Positions 23,343 to 35,235 of a DNA stretch of 64,000 nt are shown piece by piece. The notes under the pieces were generated by a model. It saw only the letters and a program-made list of their open reading frames with translations. It made no database searches and was not told the DNA's origin. Location of the stretch: the NCBI RefSeq assembly GCF_036321535.1, contig NC_087436.1, forward strand, positions 97,714,001 through 97,778,000. The letters run 5' to 3'. Position 1 is the stretch's first letter; every line of letters begins with the position of its first letter. The stretch comes from Camelus dromedarius. Its lineage: Eukaryota. The position numbers were made by a program, and so were the translations under genes.

Positions 23343-24883
23343 TGGTGAAATTTCTTTCTAGCATTCATTTATTCCTTTATTTATTCTCTGAACACATGTG
23401 TATTGTATTGTTGCTATACTTATTAAAAGCTGTATATCATCATTTAAAGAAATACTCAAATTTTCTACTACTTACAAATTTAAAAAATATATTGAATTCG
23501 TTTTAGATAAACATATGAAATGAAAGATGCTAGCATGCCTGTAAGAGTAATGATTCTGGTACATGGAGCCACATTGAGAAATTGATGAAGTATTAAGACT
23601 CATTCACACCATCTTGCTTGTCTCTGTGGCAAGTTTGCTTTTGTGCTAAAAGCTCCAACAAAAAAGAATGAAACGAGGTAGCACCTGTGATCTTTGGGAA
23701 TGTAGAGAGAAGGAAGAAATTGTGTATCAAAGCAATGTGGAATGTAAAGACAGATATGTCCATGTGTTTAAAATAAATACCAATATACAACAATGAATAA
23801 ATTTTTCAAGTCTTAATTTAAAAGTGTCCAAAATACCTTTACAAAACAACTAGTAGCAAGCACATACAGGGCTATCCATATAGTCCTGTGTATTAATAGT
23901 TTTATAACAGCCAATTGTGATCTTGTGAGGAAACTGTTTTGTTATTTAACAAACCTACATAGATTTATCTTGGTAATTGAATTTAGCAATTAAAATGATG
24001 GAAAAAATAATAATAAAACTGAATTTCTGCATCTTACCTTCGTTCCTATTTTCTCTTCTGACTATAATCGATACCTAGCAAAGAAAATAATTTTACTAAA
24101 TTGTATCTTATTAAAAGATAGCAACATGAATATTTTGAGATGAGGAAAAAATAAAAACCTCATCTCTAATTTTATTTCATACTATGCAATATGTAAAGCA
24201 ATTCCATTTACGCAGCAGATAAAATTGAATAAAAACAGTGTCAAGAATGAACAAAACAAAACTGAATAATACTACAAAATTATACCACGCTTCTCTGATA
24301 TCTCCAATAAGGAAACTAGACTATTTCCTGTATTTTATAATAGAATATTAAATTAATGACAGGTTTATTTGTCTATACTAAAGGAAAATAAATGAACTAT
24401 AAAATTTTTATATTGTTAGCAAAGAACATTTACTGTTTAATGTTAGCCTTTTTTTGGCTTCTACAGTGATTCAGCCACATTGATAAGCAGTATGAATCTT
24501 AATGATATGAATTAAACTGATGGCACCATATAAGTTAAAATGATGAAATTTATATTATATTGCGTATTTTAACCAGCTGAATTCTTATTCTTAAATATAC
24601 ATATTTTTAAATTTTGAAAAATGCTTCTTCAATCTCCATCACTATCATTTCACCTGTGTGTTAATTATTTTACAACTTACTTCTTAAACTGTAGGATTTG
24701 ACAAAAATGAGGTTGTAGTTTATGTCAATTGCACATTTCAGTAGCTGGCATATCGTAGGAGCTCAATAAATTGTAATAGTAATATTAATAGCGTTAGTAG
24801 TGATGGAAGTGGTAATAACAGGAGTATTTTTGGTATTTACCGTTATTACTTTTATCACATGCTTTATGAAACCAGTGAGGTTC

Positions 24884-25292
24884 TGTGAAGGAAAAGCCCA
24901 GATGGGCTAACGAGCTAAGTCACAAATCTAAGTGTGATAAGTGTCGGTTTACTGATCTAAGTTCTGCTAAGCTAACTCATAAATCTGAAGTTTAGTGTCA
25001 GTTTACTGGGCTAACAAGCTAACTCATAAATCCAAGCTCAACAAGTGTCAGTAACGTGATCTGTTCCAAATTGATAAGCTCCAGTGTACTGATTCCTTGC
25101 TTTTTGTTGTTTGAACCTTATTGGCTAATAGCCCCATACTTGTAATTAACCCTATAAAACCTCATGTGCACGTCTTGGAGGTGCTCAGAGCTTCGGAGCA
25201 GAAGCCCTCCGAGCCCGCCGGCGTAATAAATCTGAGTACTCCAACCCTCCGAGTGGTGCTTGTTTCTTGGCTGGCCTGTCATTTCCGTAACA
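24884..25292 (+). mobile_element. Young ERV solo LTR (family unassigned)
   Basis: TG...CA with terminal inverted similarity (TGTGAAGGAAA vs TGTTACGGAAA); three U3 tandem repeats; ATTGG 25120-25124; TATAAAA 25153-25159; AATAAA 25225-25230; retained CpGs. Confidence 0.85.
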
Positions 25293-26248
25293 TCTCTACA
25301 CTAGAGCATACACTACAGTGCTTACCACCATTCCCTTCAAATTGCTAAAGTTGTGAAGAATATGTTGGTATGAATAATAGATTAAGACAACTTTTTTCAG
25401 AGCTATAGTTTATAATCAAATAAAATTCTAATGATGCTTCATCCTTCCCATATGCATACTATTATGTTAAATGTTAGTTAAGCAAATTGACAGTTTTACG
25501 CAAATAATCTGATCAACATCAAACCAAATATCTCAGGGTTCAGCTAAGGAAACAAAAGGGAAAACTTAGTGAACCCTTCATCTACCTGGAGGCCCTAGTA
25601 AAGATCCTGATTCCATGACTCAAGAAAAAGCAGGCGCCCTCCACTCTCTTTTTTTCCCAGCATGGCTATATTTTAGCTTGTTTTCTCCAGAAAAAAAAAA
25701 AAAAAAAAAAAAAAATTCAAGCTGTGTCTCTTTCTCCACAAGTGAAATGTATTAGAGTGAGTTTTACACTCTTCCCTTAATTAAGAAAATAACTTGGGTT
25801 ATTTCAGTCTTATATTTAAATAGTTTTAACTTTATTTTCTTTTTCCTCCCCTGATTTATTGAGAAATAATTGATATATAACACTGATACTGGGTTCTTGG
25901 TGAAGAAAGTAGGAACATGTAGTAACATGTACATAAGGTAAGCCTCTATAAAGAAAACTGTACATTTTTTGATGCTCTATCCATGACTTCAGGACTGAAG
26001 TACTTAGTGGTATTCAGTAACTGTCTATGAGGAATGAACAAATAAATGAATATCCAGGTACTGAGAGGGATTCTAGGCTATAGACATACCTTTTAGTTGG
26101 GAGCCTCTTAAACACATTGACATATCCAGACCTCAGGATTATTAATACCTAAAATGATACATTATTGGCTTATGGAATTAACGTAGTGGGGTGCAGGTTA
26201 CATTTAAAAAAAATTAAAGTAGCATTGAGTTAATAGATAACGGAATGC

Positions 26249-26688
26249 CAATCTCCAGGTCCATCCATGTTGCTGCAAAAGGCAGTCTAAGTTAAATAAG
26301 CCAGAAAGAGAAAGAAAAATACCATATGATATCATTTATATGTGGAATCTAAAAAAAAAGACTAAGTTATTTACAAAACAAAAACACTCACAGACATAGA
26401 AAATAAACTTATGATTACCAGAGTGGGAAGAGGGTAGGAAGGGATAAACTGGGAGTTTGAGATTTGCAGATACTAATATATATAAAATAGATAAATAAGT
26501 TTATACTGCATACCACAGGGAACTATATTCAATATGTTGTAGTAACTTATGGTGAAAAGAATATGAAAATGAATATATGTATATTTATGTATGACTGAAA
26601 CATTATGCTGTACACTAGAAATTGACACATTGTAAACTGACTATACTTAAATAAAAATACATATAAATAAAAATTAACAATAAAAATA
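26249..26688 (+). mobile_element. 5'-truncated L1 with 5' inversion (twin priming)
   Basis: 26249-26286 is antisense of actgccttttgcagcaacatggatggacctggagatt; 26287-26688 is sense 3'UTR plus A-rich tail; 17-bp TSD (15/17 identical) at 26232-26248 and 26689-26705. Confidence 0.9.
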
Positions 26689-26744
26689 AATAAATAACAG
26701 AATGCATCTAATGTTGGATTGTTTCTTATAAAAACTTTTGCTGG

Positions 26745-26880
26745 TGGAAGAGTACAGTTCAAGTGGTGCTTATTTAACATGCGTGAGGTCCTGGTTCAAT
26801 CCCCAGTACCTCCTAGAAAATTAAATAAAATAAACCTAATTACCTCTCCCCCCACAAAAAAAAGAAAAAAATAAAGAAAA
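26745..26880 (+). mobile_element. tRNA-derived SINE (vic-1-like, diverged)
   Basis: gagtacagttcaagtggt...catgcgtgaggtcctggttcaatccccagtacctcc...aaacctaattacctctccccc plus A tail. Confidence 0.85.
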
Positions 26881-27619
26881 TGTATGTGTGAGTTAAAAAA
26901 AAAAAAGAAAAATAAATTTAAAATAGTTGTTATATATAGTTGATAACTTTCCTGGGTCATGATATCTCAAGAGGAAAAATCAAACAACAGAACAAACAAC
27001 AAAGAGATGCAACCCTGCTTCATGGAGCTACTAAATTCCCCAACTGGTTCTTTCAGTGCAAAACAAGTCCTGTTGTTCACCAGCAAAAGATCCAGGACAC
27101 ACTGCTACACATTTCTTGACTTATAAATGTGTATGTGTGTGTATACATGTGGAAAATAACTGTCTATAAAGGGATATTATGTTTGTTTTAATATGGCTTC
27201 CTCGTGTTTTCTACAAAGCAAGTAACAGTTTACTGTATATATAACTTAAGTTTCCACTTAGGCAATTTCCTTTTAATGACTGCAAAATAGCCAAATGTAA
27301 TAAGTCTTTGCCTTCAAAAAGTTTATGTTCACTCATGAAATCTTTGAAAGAAATACTGCTTGTGTAAATGAACTTATCTAGTGACTGGATGTAAAGGGAA
27401 CATTCTACCAGAAAAGACCTAAAGTGGATAGACAATCAGATTGAAGTGGACTTAACCGCATTTCACCTATTATTGGATTTAGCAATTTTATGACTGATGA
27501 CGCTTTTCATGTCACAAAATCATTTACAATGACTTTTCTTTCTTTTGAGGTGAACTAGATAGTTTGTAGAGATGCTTTTTGTTTCTTACCTCTATCTTTT
27601 GACATAAACTAATAGTTAT

Positions 27620-27850
27620 TGATTATAAAGCACTTCAGCTAAGTCAAGCCCTACTCTAAGAGAATTAGCTTCTTTAATCTTCACCAAACCCTACAAGATG
27701 GATTCTCTCGTTATACTCATTTTACCAATGGGACAATGAAGCCAAGGGAGATTAAATCACTAGCTCAAGGTAACATGATAGAAAGATGAAGAGTTTGGGT
27801 TTGAACTCAAGTCTTTTAATCAGATAGTCCAAAGTTTTTACTGCAATTCT
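27620..27850 (-). mobile_element. MIR
   Basis: ttaatcttcaccaaaccctacaagatggg...ctcattttaccaatgggacaatgaagcc...gggtttgaactcaagtc. Confidence 0.75.
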
Positions 27851-28050
27851 CTATTGATTTTATATAGCCATCTCTTATCTAGCAGGCGTCTTTTATGAAC
27901 ATGTGCTCATTTAATATTCAAATTCTGTGAGAGAAGTATTTATTTCCAATAAAACATTATTTTGTCTGATTGTAGAAGTGCTATTTAATTACAAAATATC
28001 ATGGAACTACAGATAGCTAGGAAGATTTTTTAAATTACTTGAAATATCAC

Positions 28051-28663
28051 TGTCAACAGTAATAATCACTAAACAATCTGTAATAGGTATAGAAGAGTTT
28101 TATTTGAGCCAGACTGAGGACTGTATGCTGGGGACACAGATTAAAGAAGCACTTGAACTGTTTTCTGCTGGACCACAAAATGCAGAGGCTTATAAAAGCA
28201 ACAACTGAAAAATTACCTAAGTTCTTCTGTCAACAATTGAAGCTGGCAAGATTTAAGGGTGCTTGTTAAGCAAGGATTTGCTGGGATCTGAAATGGCTGC
28301 ATGGTTACCAGGGGTGATCTTGAGACTATAAGTCTGCAGATACTAGCAGGTAATATTTTGAGAATGGCTGGTGGTGTCCTTGAGTCTGATACAGGTCAGA
28401 AAATTCTAGTTCTCAGTAATACAGGAAAGTGTGTGAAAACAGATCCACAATGATCACCCTACTCCATTCTGAATGCCTGAACCACAGTTACTCCATTTTG
28501 ATTTTTAAATGCATTCTTCTCTTTAATGTTAAAAGCAGATGTACAATGCATGTTTAATAGGACACAATCGACTGTTTTGATTAACCTAAAGCTCAAGTTA
28601 AATCATGTATAATCCAGAATGACTTCCCCATACTTTAATATGTGAAAATTTATTCTATTATCA
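28051..28663 (-). mobile_element. ERV1-type solo LTR (MER4-group-like)
   Basis: TG...CA ends; antisense poly(A) region gagttttatttgagccagactgaggactg; cagatgtacaatgcatgtttaatagg. Subfamily uncertain. Confidence 0.65.
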
Positions 28664-28813
28664 CCATCTAAGTAAATTCAAAATTCTTTTTAATAATTTA
28701 AAGCTTAAAGATTGTCCACTGTGGTTTTAAATTCTACAAACATGCTTTTCATTTACCTGTGATCTTTGTCTTAAAAATGTTATCTTTTTTAGAAGGCCTT
28801 TTATAATATTTTC

Positions 28814-31800
28814 TTTCTTCTAGATTTATTGAAATATAATTGACATGGGGGGTATAGCTCAGTAGTAGAGTGCATGCCTAGCATACACGGGGTCCTGGAT
28901 TCAATCCTTAGTACCTCCAGTACCTCCACTAAAAAATAAAATTAAAAAACTTAATTAAAAATATGTAAAGAAACCTAATTACTTCCCCTTAAACAAAATG
29001 AAACAAACAAAAACCAAATAACTGACATAGAGCACTGAATAAATATAAGGTGTATAGCATACATGTTTGACTTAAATATATCATGGAATGATTACCACAG
29101 TCAGTTTAGTGAACAATCATCATCTCATATAGATAGAAAATAAAAGAAAAAGAAAAATCTTTTTTCCTTGTGATGAAAACATTTACTATTTACTCTTAAA
29201 ATTTTTCATATATAACAGACAACAGCATTAATGTTTGATGTAGTCCTGTTTGTTTACTTTCCCTTATATTCCTCTTGCCTGGAGGAGACAGGTCCAAAAA
29301 CCATTACTAAGACCACTGTCAAAGAGCACACTGGTTGTTTTCTTTGAGAGATTTAGGGTTTCAGAACTTACATTTAAGTCTTTAATCCACTTTTATTTTG
29401 GTATATGGTATGAGAATGTAGTCTAGTATGGCTATTTTGAATGTAGCTGTCCAGTTTTCCCTGCACCATTTATTGAAGAGGATGTTTTTTCCTTATTGTA
29501 CTTCCTTTGTCATAGATTAATTGACCATGTAAATGTGGGTTCATTTCTGGGCTCTTTATTCTGTTCCACTGATTCATTTGTCTGTTTTGTGTCAGTACCA
29601 TAGTGTTTTGATTACTGTAGGTTTGTAGTATAGTTTGAAATTAGGGAACATTCTACCGCCAGTTTTGTTCTTCTTTTCAAGATTGTCTTCACTATTTGGG
29701 ATCTTTTGTGTTTCCATACAAATTTTAGAATTATTTGTTCTAGTTCTGTGAAAAATGTCATTGCTATTTTACTGGGGACTGCATTCAATGTGTAGATTGC
29801 CTTGGGTAGACAGTCATTTTAATAACATAAATTCTTTCAATCTATGAGCACAATATATTTTTCCATCTGTTTCTGTCATCTTCAATTTCTTTCATCAGTG
29901 TCTTACTGTTTTCTGAGTACAGGTCTTTTACCTCTTTAGTTGTATTTATTCCTAGGTATTTTATCCTTTTTCATGGAATTGTAAATTGAATTGTTTCATT
30001 AATTTCTCCTTGTGACAATTTGTTGTTAGTGTTTAGAAAAAAATCATTTCTGTAAGTTAATTTTATATCCATCAACTCAAATTTACTGGATTCATTAATG
30101 AGTTCTAATTGGTTTTTGATGAAGTCTTTAGGATTTTGTATATGTAGTATCACATGATCTGCAAATGGTGACAGTTTTACTTCTTCCTTTCCAATTTGGA
30201 CGTCTTTTACTTCTTTTTCTTATCTGATTGCTGTCTCTAGGACTGCCAATACTATTTTGAATAAAAGTGGTGAGAATGGGCACCCCTGTCTTATTTCTGA
30301 TCTTAGAGGAAATGCTTTGAAATTTTCACCACTGAGTATGATCTTAACTATGGGCTTGTCATATATGGCCCTTATCATATTGAGGTATATTCCCTTTATG
30401 TTCACATTGTGAAAAGTTATCATAAATGGATGTTGAATTATGTCAAAAGCTTTTTTCTGCATCTGTTGAGATGATTATATGATTTTTATTCTTCAGTTTG
30501 TTAATGTGGTGTATCACACTGACTGATTTGCAGGTATTGAACCATCCTTACATCCCTGGGATAAATTCACAGTTATTCTTACAGTATGATCCATTTAATG
30601 TAATGTTGAATTTGGTTTGCTAATATTTTGCTGAGGTTTTTTGTATCTATGTTTATCAGAGACACTGGCCTACAATTTGTGTGTATGTGTTATCTTTGTG
30701 TGGTTTTAGTATCACGGTGTATGTGAGCTGTGTTTCTGTTGTAGTAGGGACAGCTACTATGGCTGTTCTAATAAGATGACTGTTCTCCAGCCTGGTACGT
30801 TGCCAGGCCCTGCTTAGTGCAGAGGTTGCCAGTTGATGGTGGGTGGGCCCTGATTCTGGCATGACTGACTGTGAGCCCCAGGGGGTCCCACAGCTGATGT
30901 CAGTTTACTGGTAGGCATGGCTGGGGCCAGGTGGGTCCTGCTGGTAAATGAGGCTGGGTCTAGAGGCTAGCTCCAGCCTACTAGTGGGCAAAACCAAGTC
31001 CTGCATTGGCTTGCTGCAGAAGGTCTAAGGTGTCCTAGAGCTGATGTTAGCTCAATGGTGGGTGAAGCCAGATTCTGGGCTCTCTGGTGAGCAGGGCCAG
31101 GTCCCAGGGAGGTTGAGGGATTCAAAAGGATCAACAGGTGCTGCATGCCTGCCCATGGGTGATGCTACGTCTCTGCACAGCTGGCTGCTTGGCCTGGGTT
31201 GTCCCAGGACTGGTCCTGAGTGGCTGATGGGCCAGGCTGAGTCCTGGTGCTAACAGGCTAGAGGGAGGACTCCAAAATGGCATTGCCAACACCAGTGTCC
31301 CCATGATAGAATGAGCTCCCCAGAATGGCTGCCGCCAGTGTCTATGTCCCCAGGATGAGTCTCAACTGTCTCACACCTCTTGGGAGGCTCTGCAGAATTA
31401 ACAAGCGGGTCTGAACCAGGTTCCTTTCAAATTACTTCTTCTGCCCTGAGTCTCAGAGCATCTGAGATTTTTTGAGCTCCCTTTAAATGGAGAGTCTATT
31501 TCTTGATGCCCTCTGGCTCTCCTGAAATCACGTCCTGTTTGCCTTCGAAGCAATATTCTAGGGGATTCATCTTCCCAGTGCAGGATCCTTGGGCTTGGGA
31601 GTCTTCTGGGGCTCAGACCCATCAGTCCTTGGGGAGAACCTCTGTAATTGTGATTATCTTTCCACTTGTGGGTTGCCTACTAGGGGTGTGGGTCTTGACT
31701 ATACCACATCTCCACTCATCTGTCTTGTTATGATTCCTCTTTTACATCCTTAGTTATAGGTGATATTTTCTGCTAGTCTTCATGTTGTTCTCATTGACGG

Positions 31801-31888
31801 TTGCTCTGTAAATAGCTGTAATTTTGGTGTGCCTATGTGAGGAGGTGAGCTCAGGATCTTCCTACTTTGCAATCTTGGTCACCTATCA
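28814..31888 (-). mobile_element. L1 (L1MA/artiodactyl-type) with 5'UTR and 3' end but two large internal deletions
   Basis: 3' end about 28814-29230; ORF2 RT segment about 29230-30719 ([12 protein letters not shown]...IYDKP...[28 protein letters not shown]); GC-rich 5'UTR about 30720-31885 beginning (minus strand) ccaagattgcaaagtaggaagatcctgagctcacctcctc; degenerate TSD at 28793-28813 and 31889-31906. Confidence 0.85.
28847..29017 (+). mobile_element. tRNA-derived SINE (vic-1-like) nested in the L1 3' end
   Basis: ggggggtatagctcagtagtagagtgcatgcctagcat...ggattcaatcc; TSD ataattgacat (28836-28846) / ataactgacat (29018-29028). Confidence 0.9.
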
Positions 31889-32188
31889 AAGGCTTTCTAT
31901 ATTTTCACTGATGCAATGTTCTTTTTGAATATTATTAAGAACAGAAATAAAGTAATCTATACTTTATTTTAATGTTGCCAGAAAAAAATCTATTTCTGAG
32001 ACAGCTAGCTGCTTGAATATTATAAAAGCGGTGCTTTCTCAATTTTTAATATCAAAAATATTTTCCCCAAGATTTTTTCCTTTTCTGAAGCCCACCAACC
32101 TTCTGAATGGTTTCTTACTTTTACTAAAATGCTTTCTTTGGCATTCGTTTAGCACAACTTCTAGAGATCTAATTCACTGTATGGATGA

Positions 32189-32232
32189 TATCTATCTATC
32201 TGTCTGTCTATCTGTCTATCTATCTATCTGTC
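32189..32232. repeat. (TCTA/TCTG)n microsatellite
   Basis: tatctatctatctgtctgtctatctgtctatctatctatctgtc. Confidence 0.9.
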
Positions 32233-32304
32233 TTGCTTAATTGTTGAGACAGTGTTTTATTATTATTTGTATATTTTGCTACATACCTAAAAAAACATTG
32301 GTTT

Positions 32305-32718
32305 ATAAATGTCCATTTCATGTGTAAACTTAGCAGGGCAAAGGGCTGCCCATGGAGCTGGTAAATCTTTATTTCTAGATATGTCTGTGAGGGTGTTTCT
32401 GGAAGAAATTAGTGTTTGAATTTGTAGACTGAGATCACCCTCATCAATGCAAGTGGTCATCATTCAATCCACAGAGGGTCTGAGTACAACTTTACAGAAC
32501 AAAAACATGGGAGAAGGGTGAATTTGCTCTTTGTTTCAGCTGGGACTTTCATCTATCTTCTCTCAAACACTGGGGCTCCCGGTTCTCCAGCTTGCATATG
32601 GCAGTTCATGGGACTTCTCTACCTCCATAAAATCATGAACTAAGCCCTTTTAATAAATCTCTTTCTATATTGATACATATATTCTATTGGTTATTTGCTT
32701 TGGAGAACCCTAATACAA
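32305..32718 (+). mobile_element. ERVL solo LTR (MLT2B-like)
   Basis: catgtgtaaacttagcagggc, gtctgtgagggtgtttctggaaga, ending ttctattgg...ggagaaccctaataca. Confidence 0.85.
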
Positions 32719-33055
32719 TAGGGCAGGGAAGTATCTACATTTATAACATAATCTTGCCAATATATTTTTATACTAGTTAATTTAATTATTGTAATAATTA
32801 TGAACAATGTAAAAAGAGCAGAAAATAAGAGAGTAACAAGCTCAGGGAAACCCATTTGTGCTACACATAACAAATATAAACCTTTTACATACATGCTTAT
32901 GATTCACTTGGAGGGGGAAATGAAGCATCATAGATTGCACTGAAGATCCATGCCTCCCTCCAAATACAGACATCCTAGTCTCCTCCCTTACTCCACAGAA
33001 GTAATTAACATCCTAATGTATTTGATCATCTCTTCCTCCCAATTATTTGTAATTT

Positions 33056-33617
33056 TGAGACAGGAGGGAAGGGACAGGGCACAACCACTGAAGGAATGAC
33101 ACAGCAACTGAGGGCAGGACAAACAAGAACCAAGACGGCAGAAGATTCAACTTCAGTAGAACTTGAGCCTCACGGCACACCCATAGTCTACATGACAGTT
33201 ACTAGGCTGACCAAAAAGGTCAAAAAGCCGGCAGTGGAGGGAGTGTTTCCTGGAAATCCTCAGTCCCTTCCCCAACATAGTAGAAATAATCCTCTTACTC
33301 ACTAGCATATGAAATTACTAAGCCTATAAAAACTAACAGCTCCACACCTCATGGCTCTTTCTTGCCTTCTGAGATGGCCCACACTCTTTCAATGGAGTGT
33401 GTATCTACTTTTGCTTTATGTTAATCCCCCCACACCTTTTGAGATGGCCCACATTCACTCTATGGAATGTGCATCTAAGCCACTCCCCCTTTTGAGTGTG
33501 AGGGACCACACTCTGTCTATGGAGTGTGTATCTCTCTAAATAAACTTACTTTCACTTTACTATGCCTTGCTCTTGAATTCTTTCCTGCGAGAGGCAAGAA
33601 CCTATTCTTCTGCAACA
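33056..33617 (+). mobile_element. ERV1 solo LTR, MER41-like
   Basis: TGAGACAGG...GCAACA; TSD attt/gttt; ctataaaaa TATA; aataaacttactttcactttac; ttgaattctttcctgcgagaggcaagaacc is typical of MER41-type U5. Confidence 0.8.
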
Positions 33618-34442
33618 GTTTTACTAATTATGCAAATGATCATAAAGAATATATAACATACTTCTAAATTGTACATAAGTGGTATAGCGTTTTGCTAAAA
33701 TTTAATTCAAAGGACACTCAATATTTCTCTATGTTAGTGATTACTATTTTTTGTTTTATTTGCCCTTTATTACACTTTTCAGGTTACATATGAAGAGAAG
33801 AGAATATAAAATGTAGTAGCATATTGCATTAGAAATATGTAAATATAGGCATTTTTCATTCTGGCATTGCCAATTTAGAATAACTACTGGGAATGTATTT
33901 TGCTGAATTCTCAAAATAAGGACAAAGAAACTACTTTTGTTTAAATGAACTAACTTGCTCATAAAAGAAACTTAACTGGAACATTTTCTACTACAGAGAC
34001 CTACAATAAAATACAGTCTTAATTAGAGCAACCCTATGGAATTGTTTAGTTCTCACCCATTTTTAAAACTGCTGCTCTCCAGACTAAAAGCCGATTATGG
34101 GTCTGTCCTACAGAATACTCCATCCTGAGGGGAACTTGGATGGATATGATGGGTTCCTCCTTGCAAACTTGTAAGGAAGTTATGACTCAGAAATATGAAA
34201 AACACAAGTGAATGCTACTCAGTGGGACTCTAGATTAATTAATTAATTTTATGTGTATGACTTGGAGAATCTCATTATTTTATAAACATACCTAGTGGAA
34301 GAAACTATAGTGATACAAGTTTTAGCAAGTGATTAGTCTCCTTTTGTATTCAACTGGAGGGAGTTGGGAAGTCAGAAATTTCTCTGCTCTATTTTCAGTC
34401 TCTCCTTTCTGTCATCTCACTCTTTTCATTTGTATTTGCCAT

Positions 34443-34560
34443 CACATTCACTCATTCAACCAGTATTTGTTGAATGCCTCTATGCAGCATTAGTTCTCAT
34501 GGAAATATATATTTATGGAATTCTTCAAATTGTTCACAGTTTAGTGGACAAGGAGATACC
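34443..34560 (-). mobile_element. L2 3' tail fragment
   Basis: cattcactcattcaaccagtatttgttgaatgcctctatgc. Confidence 0.6.
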
Positions 34561-35039
34561 CTGATGTTTTCCTCTATAGGGTTAAAGACGCATCCTGCTT
34601 AAAATATCAAGTGTGAGCCCTAAGGATTTACCTTGATCATTTACAACATACTGTAGATTTTTTTGTTTTTGTTTTCTTTGTTTGTTTGTTTATTTGTTTT
34701 TAATGAGAAAAGGAAGATCCGGAGCTCCTAGATCTCTAGATAAGACAAGTCCATCTGCGATATCTACACCTCCATTCCTTGGTGTGGAGAGTGTGCCCCC
34801 ATCTAATCCTTTTGCTCCTAGAAAGAGTCCTCCTTTCCCATCTCGTCCCCACAATATAGTCACAGCTACCAACAAGTGCTGTGATAATCTTCTTATGATT
34901 TTTCCTTCCATTATACATCAGTCTATAAGAAATCCACATCATCCCCAGAAATCTTACCTCTGTTTTGCTTCAAAAAGTATGTTCTTCCATCTGGCACACA
35001 GTCAGGAGAATACAGCTAACAGTGAAGAAAAGAGACTGA

Positions 35040-35235
35040 AGTAAGGACAGTGAACTTATGTTCTAAGCTTGGTTTTACAACTTACAGGGTGATCGCTTGA
35101 GTCTTTGTTCCACCTGTCTTCTCACTACAAAATGAAGATAGCAATCTCTTTCTACACAGTGGGTTGTTTTAAGGTAAATATGAGATAATGAATATAAATT
35201 TTTGGAAAATTGTTAATCACTTTATAAAGATATAA
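35040..35235 (+). mobile_element. MIR fragment
   Basis: ctgtcttctcactacaaaatgaagatagc...gggttgttttaaggtaaatatgagataatg. Confidence 0.6.

Noticed and set aside
29971..31733. ORF cluster and GC-rich stretch as a gene or CpG-island promoter
   Set aside because: Explained by decayed L1 ORF2 and an L1 5'UTR whose CpGs have largely decayed.
34682..35044. 120-aa proline/serine-rich ORF and overlapping antisense ORFs
   Set aside because: Non-ATG start inside a T-rich tract; composition reflects a pyrimidine-rich strand; no known family.
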